Below are positions 36,364-48,901 of a DNA stretch of 64,000 nucleotides, piece by piece. Under the pieces are notes generated by a model that saw only the letters and a program-made list of their open reading frames with translations, was not told the origin of the DNA and did not search any database. Source of the DNA: Bugula neritina. Its lineage: Eukaryota; Animalia; Bryozoa. The DNA lies in NCBI GenBank assembly GCA_964035545.1, contig OZ037767.1, forward strand, positions 6,588,707-6,652,706, given 5' to 3'. How positions within the stretch are numbered: position 1 is the first letter of the stretch; each line of letters starts with the position of its first letter. The translations under genes were made by a program, and so were the position numbers.

Positions 36364-38107
36364 TTAGATTGATGTTGCAAATAGCAAGATCAAACGTTAG
36401 CTACTGTTCGATTAGTGCAGAGCTGTGTGATGATGTCATCTAGTTTTGTTATCTGCTATTTGATTGGTGTAGAGCTGTGTGATGATGTCATGAGATTATC
36501 CACCTGTCAAATCTATGCTAAGAGGGGAATGTGCAGCAACAACACTTGGCATTCTTTCCTGAGAGAGAACTGTTTCTACACATGCTTGTAAGTTTATCTG
36601 ACTTTTCATCTCATTGACCTCTATACTCAGATGTATAGCAATACAATCAACATTGATTCAATGAGTGATGGTGTTAAACTGGAAGATGCAATATAATGTG
36701 ACCTGTAAATATATGTTTCAGCAACTGTGGCAAAGGATGGAACTAACAGCATGATAAAAAGCCTATAAAGGACTACTATCGATCTACCTGAGGCCTACCT
36801 TAGCCTATTTGAGGTTTACCTAAGATCTATACCAATATACGATATGTGGACATAAGTTGTATGCTTGGTCTTTCAGTGTAATAAACTCATTTTAAATTTC
36901 CACACATGCTTTTTAGTATAAGAATATATGCTAAGCAGCATTCATACATTATAAAATCTCAGCCGCACACATTTGGCTTTTGTCAACAGTAGTATATTTA
37001 TTTTTATAAGAATTGCAACCTGAAACGCATATAGAATTTCCCAATACGTGTACACTTAGTCATGGAAACTTATTGAAAATTCTTGACTCACACAATTAGA
37101 AAACAAAGTAATTAGAGAAATACCTCAAGTTATTGTGCCAATAAGCTAATACCTATATAATGCATAAACATCATATCTATGAGTACCACTTGCAAACAAT
37201 TCATTGAATGACAACAGTGTTAATAGACACCATATTCTGTCAACTTTATGTCTTACTATGCTAACAAGACTAACGATATGCTTATTTTCATACTCCTAGA
37301 TAGGCAAATATTATACTACCTGCATTACTATAAATTGAAATGAGCAAGAGCTATAAACATACACATGTTTTTATTTTGATTTCTAAATTAATGTTAACAC
37401 ACTAATAACCCAGTGAAAGTTTTTTGTGACACAAATAAAAAAGTGATTATTTCAGTGCTATAGCCATAAATTTAATTAAAACAAACCTTTATTATATGCT
37501 GTTATTGCAATAAAACATCTAGCTTCTTTATCAAAATCTTATACATGGCTTGCATCATTTTGCGAGAGAATGAAAAGAATAAAGAACTGCTAGTGAAGAT
37601 CAGAACCCCTAGCAAACTCACACTGTTACAGCATTTGATTTTAGTAAATAGGCTTTTATTCATCGAACTGTCAAGCCAACCCTGGAAATATTTAAGGTTT
37701 CTGCTGCCATATAGACAAAGAGTGATTGGTGAATTTTAATTCATGGTTCAGATGCCTATAATATAGGTTGACTAACTGAATTTTTTTCATTATAATTAAT
37801 TATTTATTCAATCATAAATGATGGGTATAACACAGTTTTTGCACAAAAGATATCAAATGTTACAAAACAAAAGCACAAATTGTATGAATCAATTAATTGC
37901 AATTCATTGATTCAGATATGATCGATAAAAAATTGGAATAAAATATTTGTTCTATTGATTCAAATTTATTTAGATAGCATATACAAACTGAAAAAGTTAA
38001 TAATCAACTGTTTTAATTCAAAATAACATGCAATAAGATAAACAAGTATATCTGTACGGCTGTTGAGTTAAACACTTATAAAAAGGTGCAAGTAGTGAAT
38101 TAAAATA

Positions 38108-38773
38108 TTAATCTCTTTCTTTATCATTTGATGACTTTCCAAGAGCAAAGCCAATTGCAAAAGCAGTGCCAATTGCAGCAAGGAAACTTCCAAAATATCC
38201 TGCAAATATAATTAAGCATCCTGCTGTGGTTGCTAACGTTGCCCAGTTGTAGGTGATATAGGCCAAAAGACTAGTTGCACTTTGCTTGATCGAACTACAA
38301 ATGCATGTGGCAACTCTTAAAATTCCTTCTTTAGGAACCAATAACTCTAGGGCCGAAAACAATCTTTTGTAAAGCCGCTCATTTGTTGTAGCATGAGCTT
38401 TTATACTTCTATACAACTTCACACTATCAGCTGCTGCTGAAGCCCATCGTAGATGCAAGACATTCCCAACGATGCAGGCCATTAAACAAAGAATGCTGAT
38501 AAGATCATTTAGCACTGAAATCAAGTGTTCCTTGGATTTAATTTCCTGTAGGAGTTTAGCAACAGCAACGAAGCAGTCTAATTTCCTTTGCCCAAAAATC
38601 TCTACAAGAGATCTGCTATCAATTCTTATCATATAGACAAGGGTTTCTAACGCATTTGTTTCCTCAATTGCTTCAGAAATTTTAGTAGCCCAGGTCTTAA
38701 GTTGTTCGCGGAAGAAGTCAAGGGCAATTTGTGTATCTACGCTTACTGGCTTTCCTGACAGCTTCAAATCCAT
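38108..38773 (-). CDS. Orphan helical protein with hydrophobic C-terminal tail, array copy 1 (221 aa; +3 aa if the exon-1 ATG at 40012 is used)
   Basis: Intact ORF; acceptor TTTTAG|A immediately before the ATG; donor AAG|GTAAAT at 40005/40004; paralogous to four other copies. Confidence 0.85.
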   Translation of the reverse strand: MDLKLSGKPVSVDTQIALDFFREQLKTWATKISEAIEETNALETLVYMIRIDSRSLVEIFGQRKLDCFVAVAKLLQEIKSKEHLISVLNDLISILCLMACIVGNVLHLRWASAAADSVKLYRSIKAHATTNERLYKRLFSALELLVPKEGILRVATCICSSIKQSATSLLAYITYNWATLATTAGCLIIFAGYFGSFLAAIGTAFAIGFALGKSSNDKERD

Positions 38774-39854
38774 TCTAAAAACGAGTACATTTTAGTAGGC
38801 GCATCTAAATAATTCCAATTAAAAGCAAAGAATGCTAGTGTGGAACAACGCTCTCATAGCACCACTACTCGCATGTAGTTAAAAAGATCAAAACCAATTA
38901 TTAAATAAACTGGTACAATAATAAAAGATTCACAGCACTGGCAGCTAATTGTCAGATTGACCAGTGAACAAGATATTTTTCACAGAGTAAATACTGCAAG
39001 CAATAAATATGCATTACACAATACCTACAATACTGTTATAGTAAAAACTTTGTAACAAAAGTCAAATGGTAAACGCAATATTGTAAACTTCATATTTGCA
39101 GTAATTTATGATGCACCATGCAATTACGTTTTATAGGCACACAAAACTATCTCTCCACAAAAATTCCAATAATATGTGCAGTCATATAAGAGTTCTTATC
39201 AAACATAATTTTGACACTGCGCAAACTTTAATGCTTTTCTTATTTTGTGTTTTCACATTTGCTATATAGTTGTTATTTGAATTAATAATTGCCTTATATA
39301 AGTAGCTTGAGGTATAATAATGTTGTCTATCTAAAACTAACTTTTGATTATTATTATTATTATATCATTATTATTCTGTGGACGGGTTTTTATTTCCACC
39401 TTCTGCATTAGTCTGTAAAGGTAATTGGAAACTATTAAAAGTATAGACTAAAGTTTATTTATCTTAACAAACATTGCAGTAATCATGTTTACACCACCAA
39501 AATCGTATGCTGGTATGTAAAAAGAGATGGTGGCTTGGCATTTTCATTCTTTTTTAGTTTTGATTAGTAGATTTAGCAACTTATTTAACTTAATACTTGA
39601 AATATATTTGCACCTGTTCAAATAAATCATACAAAAGTTATATTGTTAATTAAGTTGCTGTAGATTCAATGCCTTAATAAATATCCTAATGATTGAAAAA
39701 TGATATAAGCAAGGTTATTGTGCCCCAAGATTATAAAATTCATATATTATAATAATAAAATTGTAATGCTATCTAAAGCAAACTTTATCAACTCTAACTT
39801 CATATTCTTAGACTGATAATCACACAGAAAATGTAGTGTTGAGTTTACCCAGTG

Positions 39855-39925
39855 GCCTTCGTGGTGTAATGGTAGCACACCTGTTTGCAAGCCAGAGAAC
39901 TCGGGTTCGATTCCCAGTGGGGGCA
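39855..39925 (+). pseudogene. tRNA-like element (GCA at the anticodon position; tRNA pseudogene or SINE head)
   Basis: Acceptor stem GCCTTCG/TGGGGGC, D-arm TGGTGTAATGGTAGCAC, T-loop GGTTCGATTCCC; mismatches in the anticodon and T stems. Confidence 0.55.
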
Positions 39926-40212
39926 AAATTATTTTACAGAAGATATTATATTAACAAATTAAAATATTATAATATGATTTAGAATAATATGTTTCTACAT
40001 TTACCTTAACATTATGTTGGTTTCAGTCGGAATGTAGTCAATGCGCGTACTTGGTGAACTATCGTACTAACAATATGAATATGATTTGTTGAAGTAGGTT
40101 GAGAATTAGATCACTAGCACCATGTGACACCCACTAGCTTAGTGATAGTTTCATCATAATATTGCTTAATTTGTATGTGCAATTACATTTACATCTAAAT
40201 GCGACATATGTA

Positions 40213-40249
40213 TATATCAATACGCAACTTAAGAACCAAAGAATGTGCA
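40213..40249 (-). promoter_or_regulatory. Conserved upstream module of the array genes (copy 1); also at 48441-48480, 53871-53910 and 59741-59780
   Basis: Plus-strand TATATCAATACAGCACAACTTAAGAACCAATGAAT conserved 170-210 bp upstream of each exon-1 donor; contains a TATA-like sequence (minus strand), with an exact CCAAT in copies 2 and 4. Confidence 0.55.
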
Positions 40250-41089
40250 AAAATTCCTTTCAATTCTCTCACGTAGTTTAATGTTTTATTTTAGTACATA
40301 GCATCTGTTTAGCAGCAATTTATGTAGCAAGTGATATAGGAGAGGGGGAGGGGTTTATTATAGTTGCATTCAGGCGTTCAACAATTTGCTCTGTAGTGTC
40401 AAAATGCAGCATATAATATGCCATAACAACAACAAGAATATAAAGTGACAAAGTAAATAATGTTGAAATGTTACAATAGCTTGCTATGCTTTTATTGTGT
40501 ATATAAGACTTTTTACACCACTCTTTATTAATACTGCTACTGTAGCTCACATAGCTGTATTATAATAGAAAAGTATATTATATGAGCAGTTAAATATTTT
40601 ATTTAGTTCAAATAGGGCATTTATTTTGAAATAAAAATTCAAGAACGAAAAACATAAAGCTTTCTAATAAACTTGGTCATTTTTTAAAAACCAATTTTTC
40701 TTAAAGTCGTTTTATGTTGAAAGCATGAGCCATCTTTAGCATCCCAGCATGCAAAATTTGTAACTTAGGTTTTGGCTGATTATCCAATAGCTATATATTG
40801 TATTAGAGTGCTCACAGTCTTGTTTATCTAACTATACCCTTGATCATTTTATAGGTGCAAAGCTACCTGCCCAAAATACTTTTTATAACCTGTACAGTTA
40901 TATTATAAACGTGGTGTATGTTGCATTTATAAGTTTTTTTCTATTAAAACAAAATCATGTATTCATAATTTGGAAACCTGCATAATACCAACTACTTATT
41001 CATTGGCTTCTACTGATGTTGGTTTATAGTTTTAGTTTGTTGTTAAATCTTGCAGGTTCTACTAAATTAGTAATGACTGGGGCTACAAT

Positions 41090-41280
41090 TGTTCTTGATT
41101 GTCTAGTAGCTTCATCTATTTTTTACTTATACGGACTGCATTGGTTAGGATGAGGTTGGCTTCAGCTCGTAGTCTCTCGAAATAAGCTGGTTATCATCTA
41201 CCCCAACCACTATTCTGTCTCTGATAAACTCTTCCTTGATATAAAAAGTATCCTGCATGTTCTTCCATAAAGCCTATTTA
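41090..41280 (-). mobile_element. Ty3/Gypsy LTR retrotransposon gag relic
   Basis: Minus-strand KEEFIRDRIVVGVDDNQL/(frameshift)ERLRAEANLILTNAVRISK matches the IRDRIVVG...LSEKL...LTL..A pattern typical of Gypsy gag. Confidence 0.7.
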
Positions 41281-44200
41281 TGAAAGAGCAGAAAATAAAA
41301 ACTCTAAAATCTGTGGGTATACCTCAGAAACAAAATATGTTAAGTTATAATAGGCTGCTTAGCTAATGTGTGACTATATGTGTATATGGATAGCTGCCAT
41401 TCTTCCTCTTCACTGTAACTGCTGCAATTTGATATCTGGGCAAACTGCCAACAGGAAAAAATTAGGTAATTACTTAAGTTGCGTTTATACCTCTGCTGAA
41501 AAAAGTACCGAGTTTCAGTTAATAATGCTTGTCCGGGTACCCCTTTATAGTCAAACTGAAACTCGTTGAAATCATATTGATGCAGTTGCTCACTTTCTGA
41601 AATTTAAATTTGACTCGCATAATAGCTATTTGATGCCCTTTGTAAACGTCGTGAATTAGTCAAGCGGAAAGCATAAAAGCGATAATTGAGAAGGCGTAGG
41701 CTATATAATTATAACCGTATAAGTACGTTGTCTAATCGCCAAAGTAATAACTAAATAACAATGTTTACAAGGAGTTATTACTCCTATTCTAAAATTGGCC
41801 GATTAAGTTATCACAGTACAAAAATTTCAACGGGTGGCTTTTACAATGCAATGCAACTCGGAGAAATTTCAACCCGGCCAAATTGAAATTTTGACCGAAA
41901 ATCGTGAAGGTATAAACGCAACTTTAAGAATTTGCATATCTCTCAGAGTTTTACACAACGTAGGTCACATTACTATTATGAGAACTGTTACTTAAATCAT
42001 GAGCAACAGCTGATAAAAGTTGATAGAATAGATTTAGAATAGGTTATCAACATCCTTTATTTTCCCATATGCCTTAAATATGCATGATTCAGCTTATTAA
42101 AAAGTTATAACTTATTTTTTGCAACATAACCACTTGTGTCGTACATCATGCTATACCTGAGAACTTTAAAAATTGCATCTCACTCAATGATTATATGACC
42201 ACGTTCGCTACTTGTTATTGTATGACTAAATTAGTAAGTTTTTCCTAGTCTTGCTTGTAAAAACATATTTCGCTGTATCTCAGAGGACTTTGCTGTAACA
42301 TAAAAGTATTGTTGCTTCTACACAACTACCTGTGGGTGTTATCACAATAAATACACAATTATTTAACAAGGATAGCCCTTCAAATAAAGAAACATAATCA
42401 CAGACAGCAAGAGAAGATAATCCTCATGTTGTTACATTCTATGCTAAAGCAAGAAAAGATAATTTTTTAATGCTGCTACAATCTATACTAGGTGCATGCA
42501 ATTGCCACGGAGTTCTTGGAGTGCAATACAAACTGGTTATAATTATGTATGCTTACAGTTCTAAACCAGCACATCAAATAATTACTGAAGAATAAGTCAT
42601 TTGCAACCAACAACTACTTTGTTATAATCAAAGTAATTTTTCTTGTCTACTGTAAACCAATTATAAAAGTGAGGAACAGTTGTAATTAGAAATCGTAGTT
42701 GAATTATGTTACAGGTAAATTTTACTTTGCTTGAGTTACATAAAAATATAGAACTTACTTGCAAATAGTGTTACACGTTTGTAAAAATTTGTTTTTTTGT
42801 AGTAACAATTAAAATGCAACGTACTTATATATAAAAGATAAGTAAGACTACAAGCAAGAACTTGCTGAGAAGTGACATAAAAATGAGTTTTTTTGGAATG
42901 TGAACATTATTTCATATATAGTAAAGGAAATGTGAAATCTGCCCATGCAACTAAAGATTCTCTTAAAATATGCAGCCAACAGTAGTTACCCTTTGTGTTA
43001 GCACAGAGAGTTATAAGTTTGAAACAGATGACACATATTTTGTTGCAAATTTTGATAGAGAAAGGTGCAAAGTATAAGAGTAGAAATTTGAAATAAAAGT
43101 GAACTGGTGTTGGAGAGACAATGTGCTCAGTATAATATCTTGCATGAATGTCAGGATATATGTAATGCTTAGGTGCAGTTGTGAATCACATCAAAAAAGG
43201 TGATCAGTTTGCGTTCTTAGTGGTCTATTTGCTTTTTAAATAAAAAGTGAACTTTTGATGCTTACATTTTTTACTAGTATAAACAGCTTTTTGAGTTGTT
43301 TGACATTATTATTTAACAAAAGCTATGCTTGAGAAAAACATTTTGCTTAGCTGTATGTAATTTTAGGTAAACATATATTAAAATATGTTTTTACCTAGAA
43401 AGGATTGAATCTATAAAATTAAAGTAATTACTTTTGTGCTACTTCTGTAACTGTCATCACTGATGTAATGCAAGTTTAATTTGTTAATGATATTCAGTTT
43501 TTTTTAATCATTCAACTATTCATTGATTTACTTTTATATATAAAACATGCATAATTTACATTTGCTTTGATATATTTTGCATCCAATTATTCAAATACTT
43601 TCAAGACGTTTAAGAATTAACGTAAAATTTTATATTGCCGTTGTTTTGTCATTATAGGAACTTGCATATTGTTTTTAACATGGAATGAAACACATGATAT
43701 ATGTGCAACAAAATAAAATAAAATAGGTAAAAGGCTTCAACATAGAGTCCTTATTTTTATTTTCAAATAAATGCAAACAAACTATACCTACAATTCAATT
43801 CTTTAAGTTATTTTTGTAACACTGAGTAAAAAGTATTTATTCCACGGCGCTATAGTCATGCATTTAATTAAAACCTGCAGACGTAGTTTACAATATCATG
43901 CTACTAGCAGCAAAAACGCATATTTTAGCTTTTTTATAAAAATGTTTTCAGCAGACTTCTTATCACTTTGTGCCCTAAATTTTGTTGCTAGCAAAATTTA
44001 TAACCCCTGCAGAACCCCCTTTTCTACAGCGTGTAATTTCAGTGAGCCTTTATTCATCTTGCTGTCAGCTAACCATGCATTGGTATTGGTACAGTTTCTG
44101 CTGCTGGTAAACATTAAACAGCGTTTAAATGATTGGTGTTGTTGTTGTTGTTGTTTTCGATTTATTGTTTCTAATAGTAAATATAGAACGAAAAAGAAAA

Positions 44201-44612
44201 ATAATTAAAAATCTTAAGCTAAGCTATAAGGAAAAAATGGACTACAAAAAGAAGCAAAAGGGTACTGTCCGATAGCTTGAAGCTATAGTAAGGGGAAAGC
44301 CTAACTTTCTATAAGATAAAAAGTTTTTCATAGTCTAAATGCATGATGATTGAATATGAAGAGAATTAATAATGTTAAAAAATTATCAAATCATATTTAA
44401 AGACAATAAAAAATTTGTTAAGACAAATACATGTTTAATAATACAGAAATGTTCATTTGCAAAACAAACTTTTGATGTAAAGCTTAGATAAACTGGACAC
44501 TAAACAAAATGAAAGTCAATTGATTTATGAAAAAATATGCAATACCATGTAAAATCAACAGGTTTATAGCTACATATGAGTTAACACAGCATAAAAGCCT
44601 ACGAGTAGTAAA

Positions 44613-45263
44613 TTAATTATCTTGAGAATTGAACCAAGAAATGAAAAAGTTATAAATGATTGCCCAAACAGCTAAAAGATATGAAAAAAATCTTCCTGCA
44701 AAAATCCTCCTCCATGTAGTTAACAATATCAACCAATTGAAAGCGATATATGCTGAAAGACTACTCGGATCCTGTGTGATAAAACAACAAATTCTTGCAC
44801 ACACTCTTAGAATTTCGTCAGAAACCAATAATTTCAAAGCTTTAAACAAGTTTTGGTAAAGCTGTTCATTTTCTGCAGCATGAGCTTCAACCCTTCCATA
44901 CAATATCGCACATTTTTGCATTATTAAATCCCATGGCAGATGGGCAAACCAGCCAACAATGCAAGCCATTAAACAAAGAATGTTGAGAAAATCTGTTAGC
45001 ACTAAAATCAAGTTATACTGAGATGTGATTGAGTTTGTTAGTTCAGCAGCACTAGCAAGGAAGTCATTGATTTCATTTCTTCCAAATATTTCTTCAATAT
45101 ATTTGCCATCAATTTCCATCCTACGAACATGAGCTTCTAACACAGGTGTTTTTTCAACTGCTTCAGAAATTACAGGAGCCCAGGTAGTAAGCTGTTCACA
45201 CAGAAATTCAAGGATGTTTTCGACAGACATTCTTCTTGGCTTTCTCAGCAGCCTCAAATCCAT
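44613..45263 (-). CDS. Orphan array protein copy 2 (216 aa, starts MDLRLL)
   Basis: Intact ORF; acceptor TTCTAG|A before the ATG at 45263; exon-1 donor at 48268/48267. The N-terminal extension in the ORF track is intronic. Confidence 0.85.
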   Translation of the reverse strand: MDLRLLRKPRRMSVENILEFLCEQLTTWAPVISEAVEKTPVLEAHVRRMEIDGKYIEEIFGRNEINDFLASAAELTNSITSQYNLILVLTDFLNILCLMACIVGWFAHLPWDLIMQKCAILYGRVEAHAAENEQLYQNLFKALKLLVSDEILRVCARICCFITQDPSSLSAYIAFNWLILLTTWRRIFAGRFFSYLLAVWAIIYNFFISWFNSQDN

Positions 45264-48200
45264 TCTAGAAATAGGTAATTTGAACTCAAAATGAAAAAGA
45301 CACAAAAAATTAATTATCGCCAATAAAAATAATTATTGAAAAGTACTCATATCACATGAATACATATATAAATGTCCTCACTGCTCACAACCAATGAATA
45401 TAGAGACAATAATTAACACACAGTCAACAGCACTGACAGTGCATTGTCAAATTACCATCACACAATATCACATTTTTAAAATGTAGATGCTTCTAAATTA
45501 CAATAGAAAATATAATATTTTTATTAAATAAAACTGTCCATGGAAAGTTAAACGATCAATATGTAATATATTGATTTTCATATAATCTATTAATCATTAA
45601 TCTATTATGCATTCTTGCAATGGTATATTATATTTATTATAAGCATGCCAGATTACGTTTGCACAAAAAGTTAGCAACTTATTGTCTCATATGGTCAAGT
45701 AATATTGCCAACTGCCCAAGTTGAACAACTGTATGTTTCATCATTATAATATTATCATTAGTATGATTTCTGTTTTGTTCTTGTATTGGGATTTAAGATA
45801 TAAATGAAAAAACTTAATTACATAAGTGAAACATTGCTTAATTGCTTGCAGACATCTTTTAGAATTGGGGGTTGTCTGACTGATGTCTGGTCACATGGGG
45901 CTGTAGGCATTTTTGTCAGGACAATGCATTATAGGGTGAATGTGCTCACCAGAACATAAGATTAAGGGCTAACTAATCTGAAACTACTTGGCTGTCAAAC
46001 TATAGATGAACTATATATAGTTGTGTTGGTGCGGTGGATATATCTAGGAGACACAGATGAACTATACCTAAACTGTAGATTAGTGTTGATGTCTTGGTAA
46101 CATGTGCATTGGTGAAAAAAGTATGACTGCATGTAGAGACAGTCGAAGCTTGCCAATAGATCATGAAAAACTCAGCCAATCAGCAAAGTACACCACCTCA
46201 ATATCTCACCATTTTAACTTATGTGAAACTCTGCAAGTTCAATTGCAATGCTTCTAAAAAATAGTTGTGCAACTTTTTTATGCAAATTATTTTATTTCAT
46301 ATTCTAAATTTTCAACTCTCTATAATTTACTTTTCAAAATATCTAAACTAAGGGTTTATAAAATGCAATTAAAATTTGTAAAGCTTTTTTTCTTGCTGAC
46401 CTCTAAGTTTCTTAATTGAGCTCAGAGGTTAATGATCGCATGATGCATGACTATTAATCTGATGTTGCATAGCTGATTCATAGTATGAGTTTAATAATTA
46501 AAGACTTGGTGAGTCCAGTTTCCTCCAGTTTTTTCCTGTAAAAATATTATTTTCAGAAGCACTTGCTGTGTTGAGCATATCGCATGCCTTTACAAGATTA
46601 AATGGCCTGTTTTTTTATTCCCAGGTGTTCTTTAGGGTTGTAGTAGTTGCATGTACAGTTCTGGTATATGCTGTCTGTTTATTAATGGACAACTTTACCA
46701 CATTGGTAATAAGTGTGCTAGAACTTTAACTATTCTATAATAATCGGAGTCATCTTTTTTAAGGGTATACTTGAATAGAACTTGTTGATTAGTGAACTCT
46801 CTAATAAGCTACTTTTTGTTTCATCAGTTTCAATTAAGTTTGCAAATGATAATTGTTAAATAAAATGACTGCACTTAGTCCAGATCTAATGTAACTACGT
46901 GCACACTATCAGCTATTAAAGATTTCAAAATGTACCAGTGATAAAGCAAAGGTTGAGTTAGCTCCAGGGGGTACCTTTATCAGCAACTTGATTAATAAAT
47001 GAGACTTTAACCACACATAGAAAGTAGTCACATTATATGTAAGAGTTTGCATTTTATCTGATAAACATTATTAACACAAGATGCTATTTGCCTCAACTAG
47101 AAATAGAACTCATTACCACCAATCACTGATCAACCCACTATAAGAGTTGCCTGCATGTGTTGGAAAATATTTTGTGAGTGAAAGCCCAAAATTTATTCCA
47201 TAGTCATTTGAATTTTGAGATAAATCAAGAGGTAGTAAATGTGTGCATAGCTTATAAGCAATTTTAGTAGTGGTAACAATTGTGTTAAAACACTGCCACT
47301 TAAATAGTGCACACTGGTAACTTGGTTTTTGAACATTGCATTGACTAGGAAGTCAACCACAGTTCCTTCCAATAAAAATATAATGCTATAGTTGCTTTCA
47401 GATTATTAACTAATACATTTCTTTTCAAAAGTGACTTATAATGGGCTATTACCGTGAATTGCTAACCAGGATTTGTATCCTTCATGCACATATATTTCCT
47501 TCAAATTAATTGTCAGGATAGTAACATAAAAAACAGAGTATGGTTCTTATGTAATGTTTTAATTAGGTTGAAGAATTTTTTCTGAAAAGTTTCACATCTC
47601 ATATATATTATTATATACTGTAAAATGTTTAATGTAAAAAACGTCAATTGGTGAACTTTAGAGAAAATAACTTGAAACCATGTTTGGTAATGCTGCAGTG
47701 GCAAATAAGATATAAATTAAGTTTACAAGCATTTGGTTTTTTTGCTGGTACCACTCTGGTAAGAGTACTGTTTAGTTAAACACAATAGTCAGCAGCCCAT
47801 GTTATTGCCATCTGCCTTGTCTTCCTAATAAATCATGTCAAACTCGGCTATAATCAGGAGTTTTTATCAACTTTTATATCTGCCAATATAACCATAATAT
47901 ATTTTACTGCAGAGTGTACGATATGAAAATTTAGGTCTCGAATTTATGCTTCTGGACCTATTTTCTAAAAGTCATAACGTTCAAACGCAATTGGAAATTA
48001 CTAGTTTAAAAATGCATATAATAATTATAGTTATCCAGCTCTAGTGTTTTGAACTATTTTTATACTGCTAGCTATATTTTAAGAGCATCAGTATGTGGTG
48101 CTACATTTCTATAAGATATAGTATCACATTATAATAAGAACCGTATAACAATCTTTAGTGGAAACATTATAAACTTTAATTTCATATTATATTAGATCAA

Positions 48201-48749
48201 AAATTACACAGTAAATATAGTTCACTAAGACATAATAGAAATTACGATATACTTAAAACACATTTACCTTTGTATAATATTGGCAACTAGATGGAGATGT
48301 AGTGGGTGAGTTATTGCGTTAAGACAATATTAATATCACGTTTATTAAAGTAGTTTGAGAATTGAGTCACAATTACCATGTGGCACTCCCTAGCTGAGTG
48401 AAAGCTTGATAAGTGAATGTTCCATGTTATTACATGAATCTTATATCAATACAGCACAACTTAAGAACCAATGAATGTGCATATGAAATATTTTTGTCAA
48501 TTCGAAGAAGTATGTCATATTTTTCAAATTTTGGTATTTTTCCAGATGTCTTGTGTACTGTTTGCTTACCATTCTCCTTAAATCAAATTGTGTGAATTTG
48601 ATAACATAGTCTTGTGAAGTATCAAAATATTATAGATACCCCAATACCCCCTGTATTTGTTAACACATAACTATATTAGCTGCCTAATGTCTATACTAGC
48701 AGCATTTACATCCTGTACTATACAACTCCTGATGTTGTGCTTCATGTAT

Positions 48750-48901
48750 CAGGGTTGGTGTAATTGTAATTTGTAATTGTAATTGGTTGTAATTAATTAC
48801 ATTTATTTCAAATGTAATTATAATTGTAATTGTAATTGACAAATTCTCATGTAATTGTAAGTGTAATTAATTACATTCATATGTAATTGACCCCAACCCT
48901 G
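48750..48901. mobile_element. hAT MITE (152 bp) with internal GTAATT repeats
   Basis: TIRs CAGGGTTGG/CCAACCCTG; perfect TSD TCATGTAT; the paralogous unit has an empty site at 54163-54170. Confidence 0.92.

Noticed and set aside
43858-44208. 116-aa ORF with a poly-Cys run
   Set aside because: The run comes from a (GTT)n microsatellite; the frame is not evident in the paralogous flanks.
45264-45323. N-terminal extensions of array copies 2 and 3 in the ORF track
   Set aside because: They begin at non-ATG codons upstream of the conserved acceptor, so they are intronic.
46500-46800. Possible Penelope/RT relic on the minus strand
   Set aside because: Only a vague resemblance across several frameshifts; not supportable without BLASTx.
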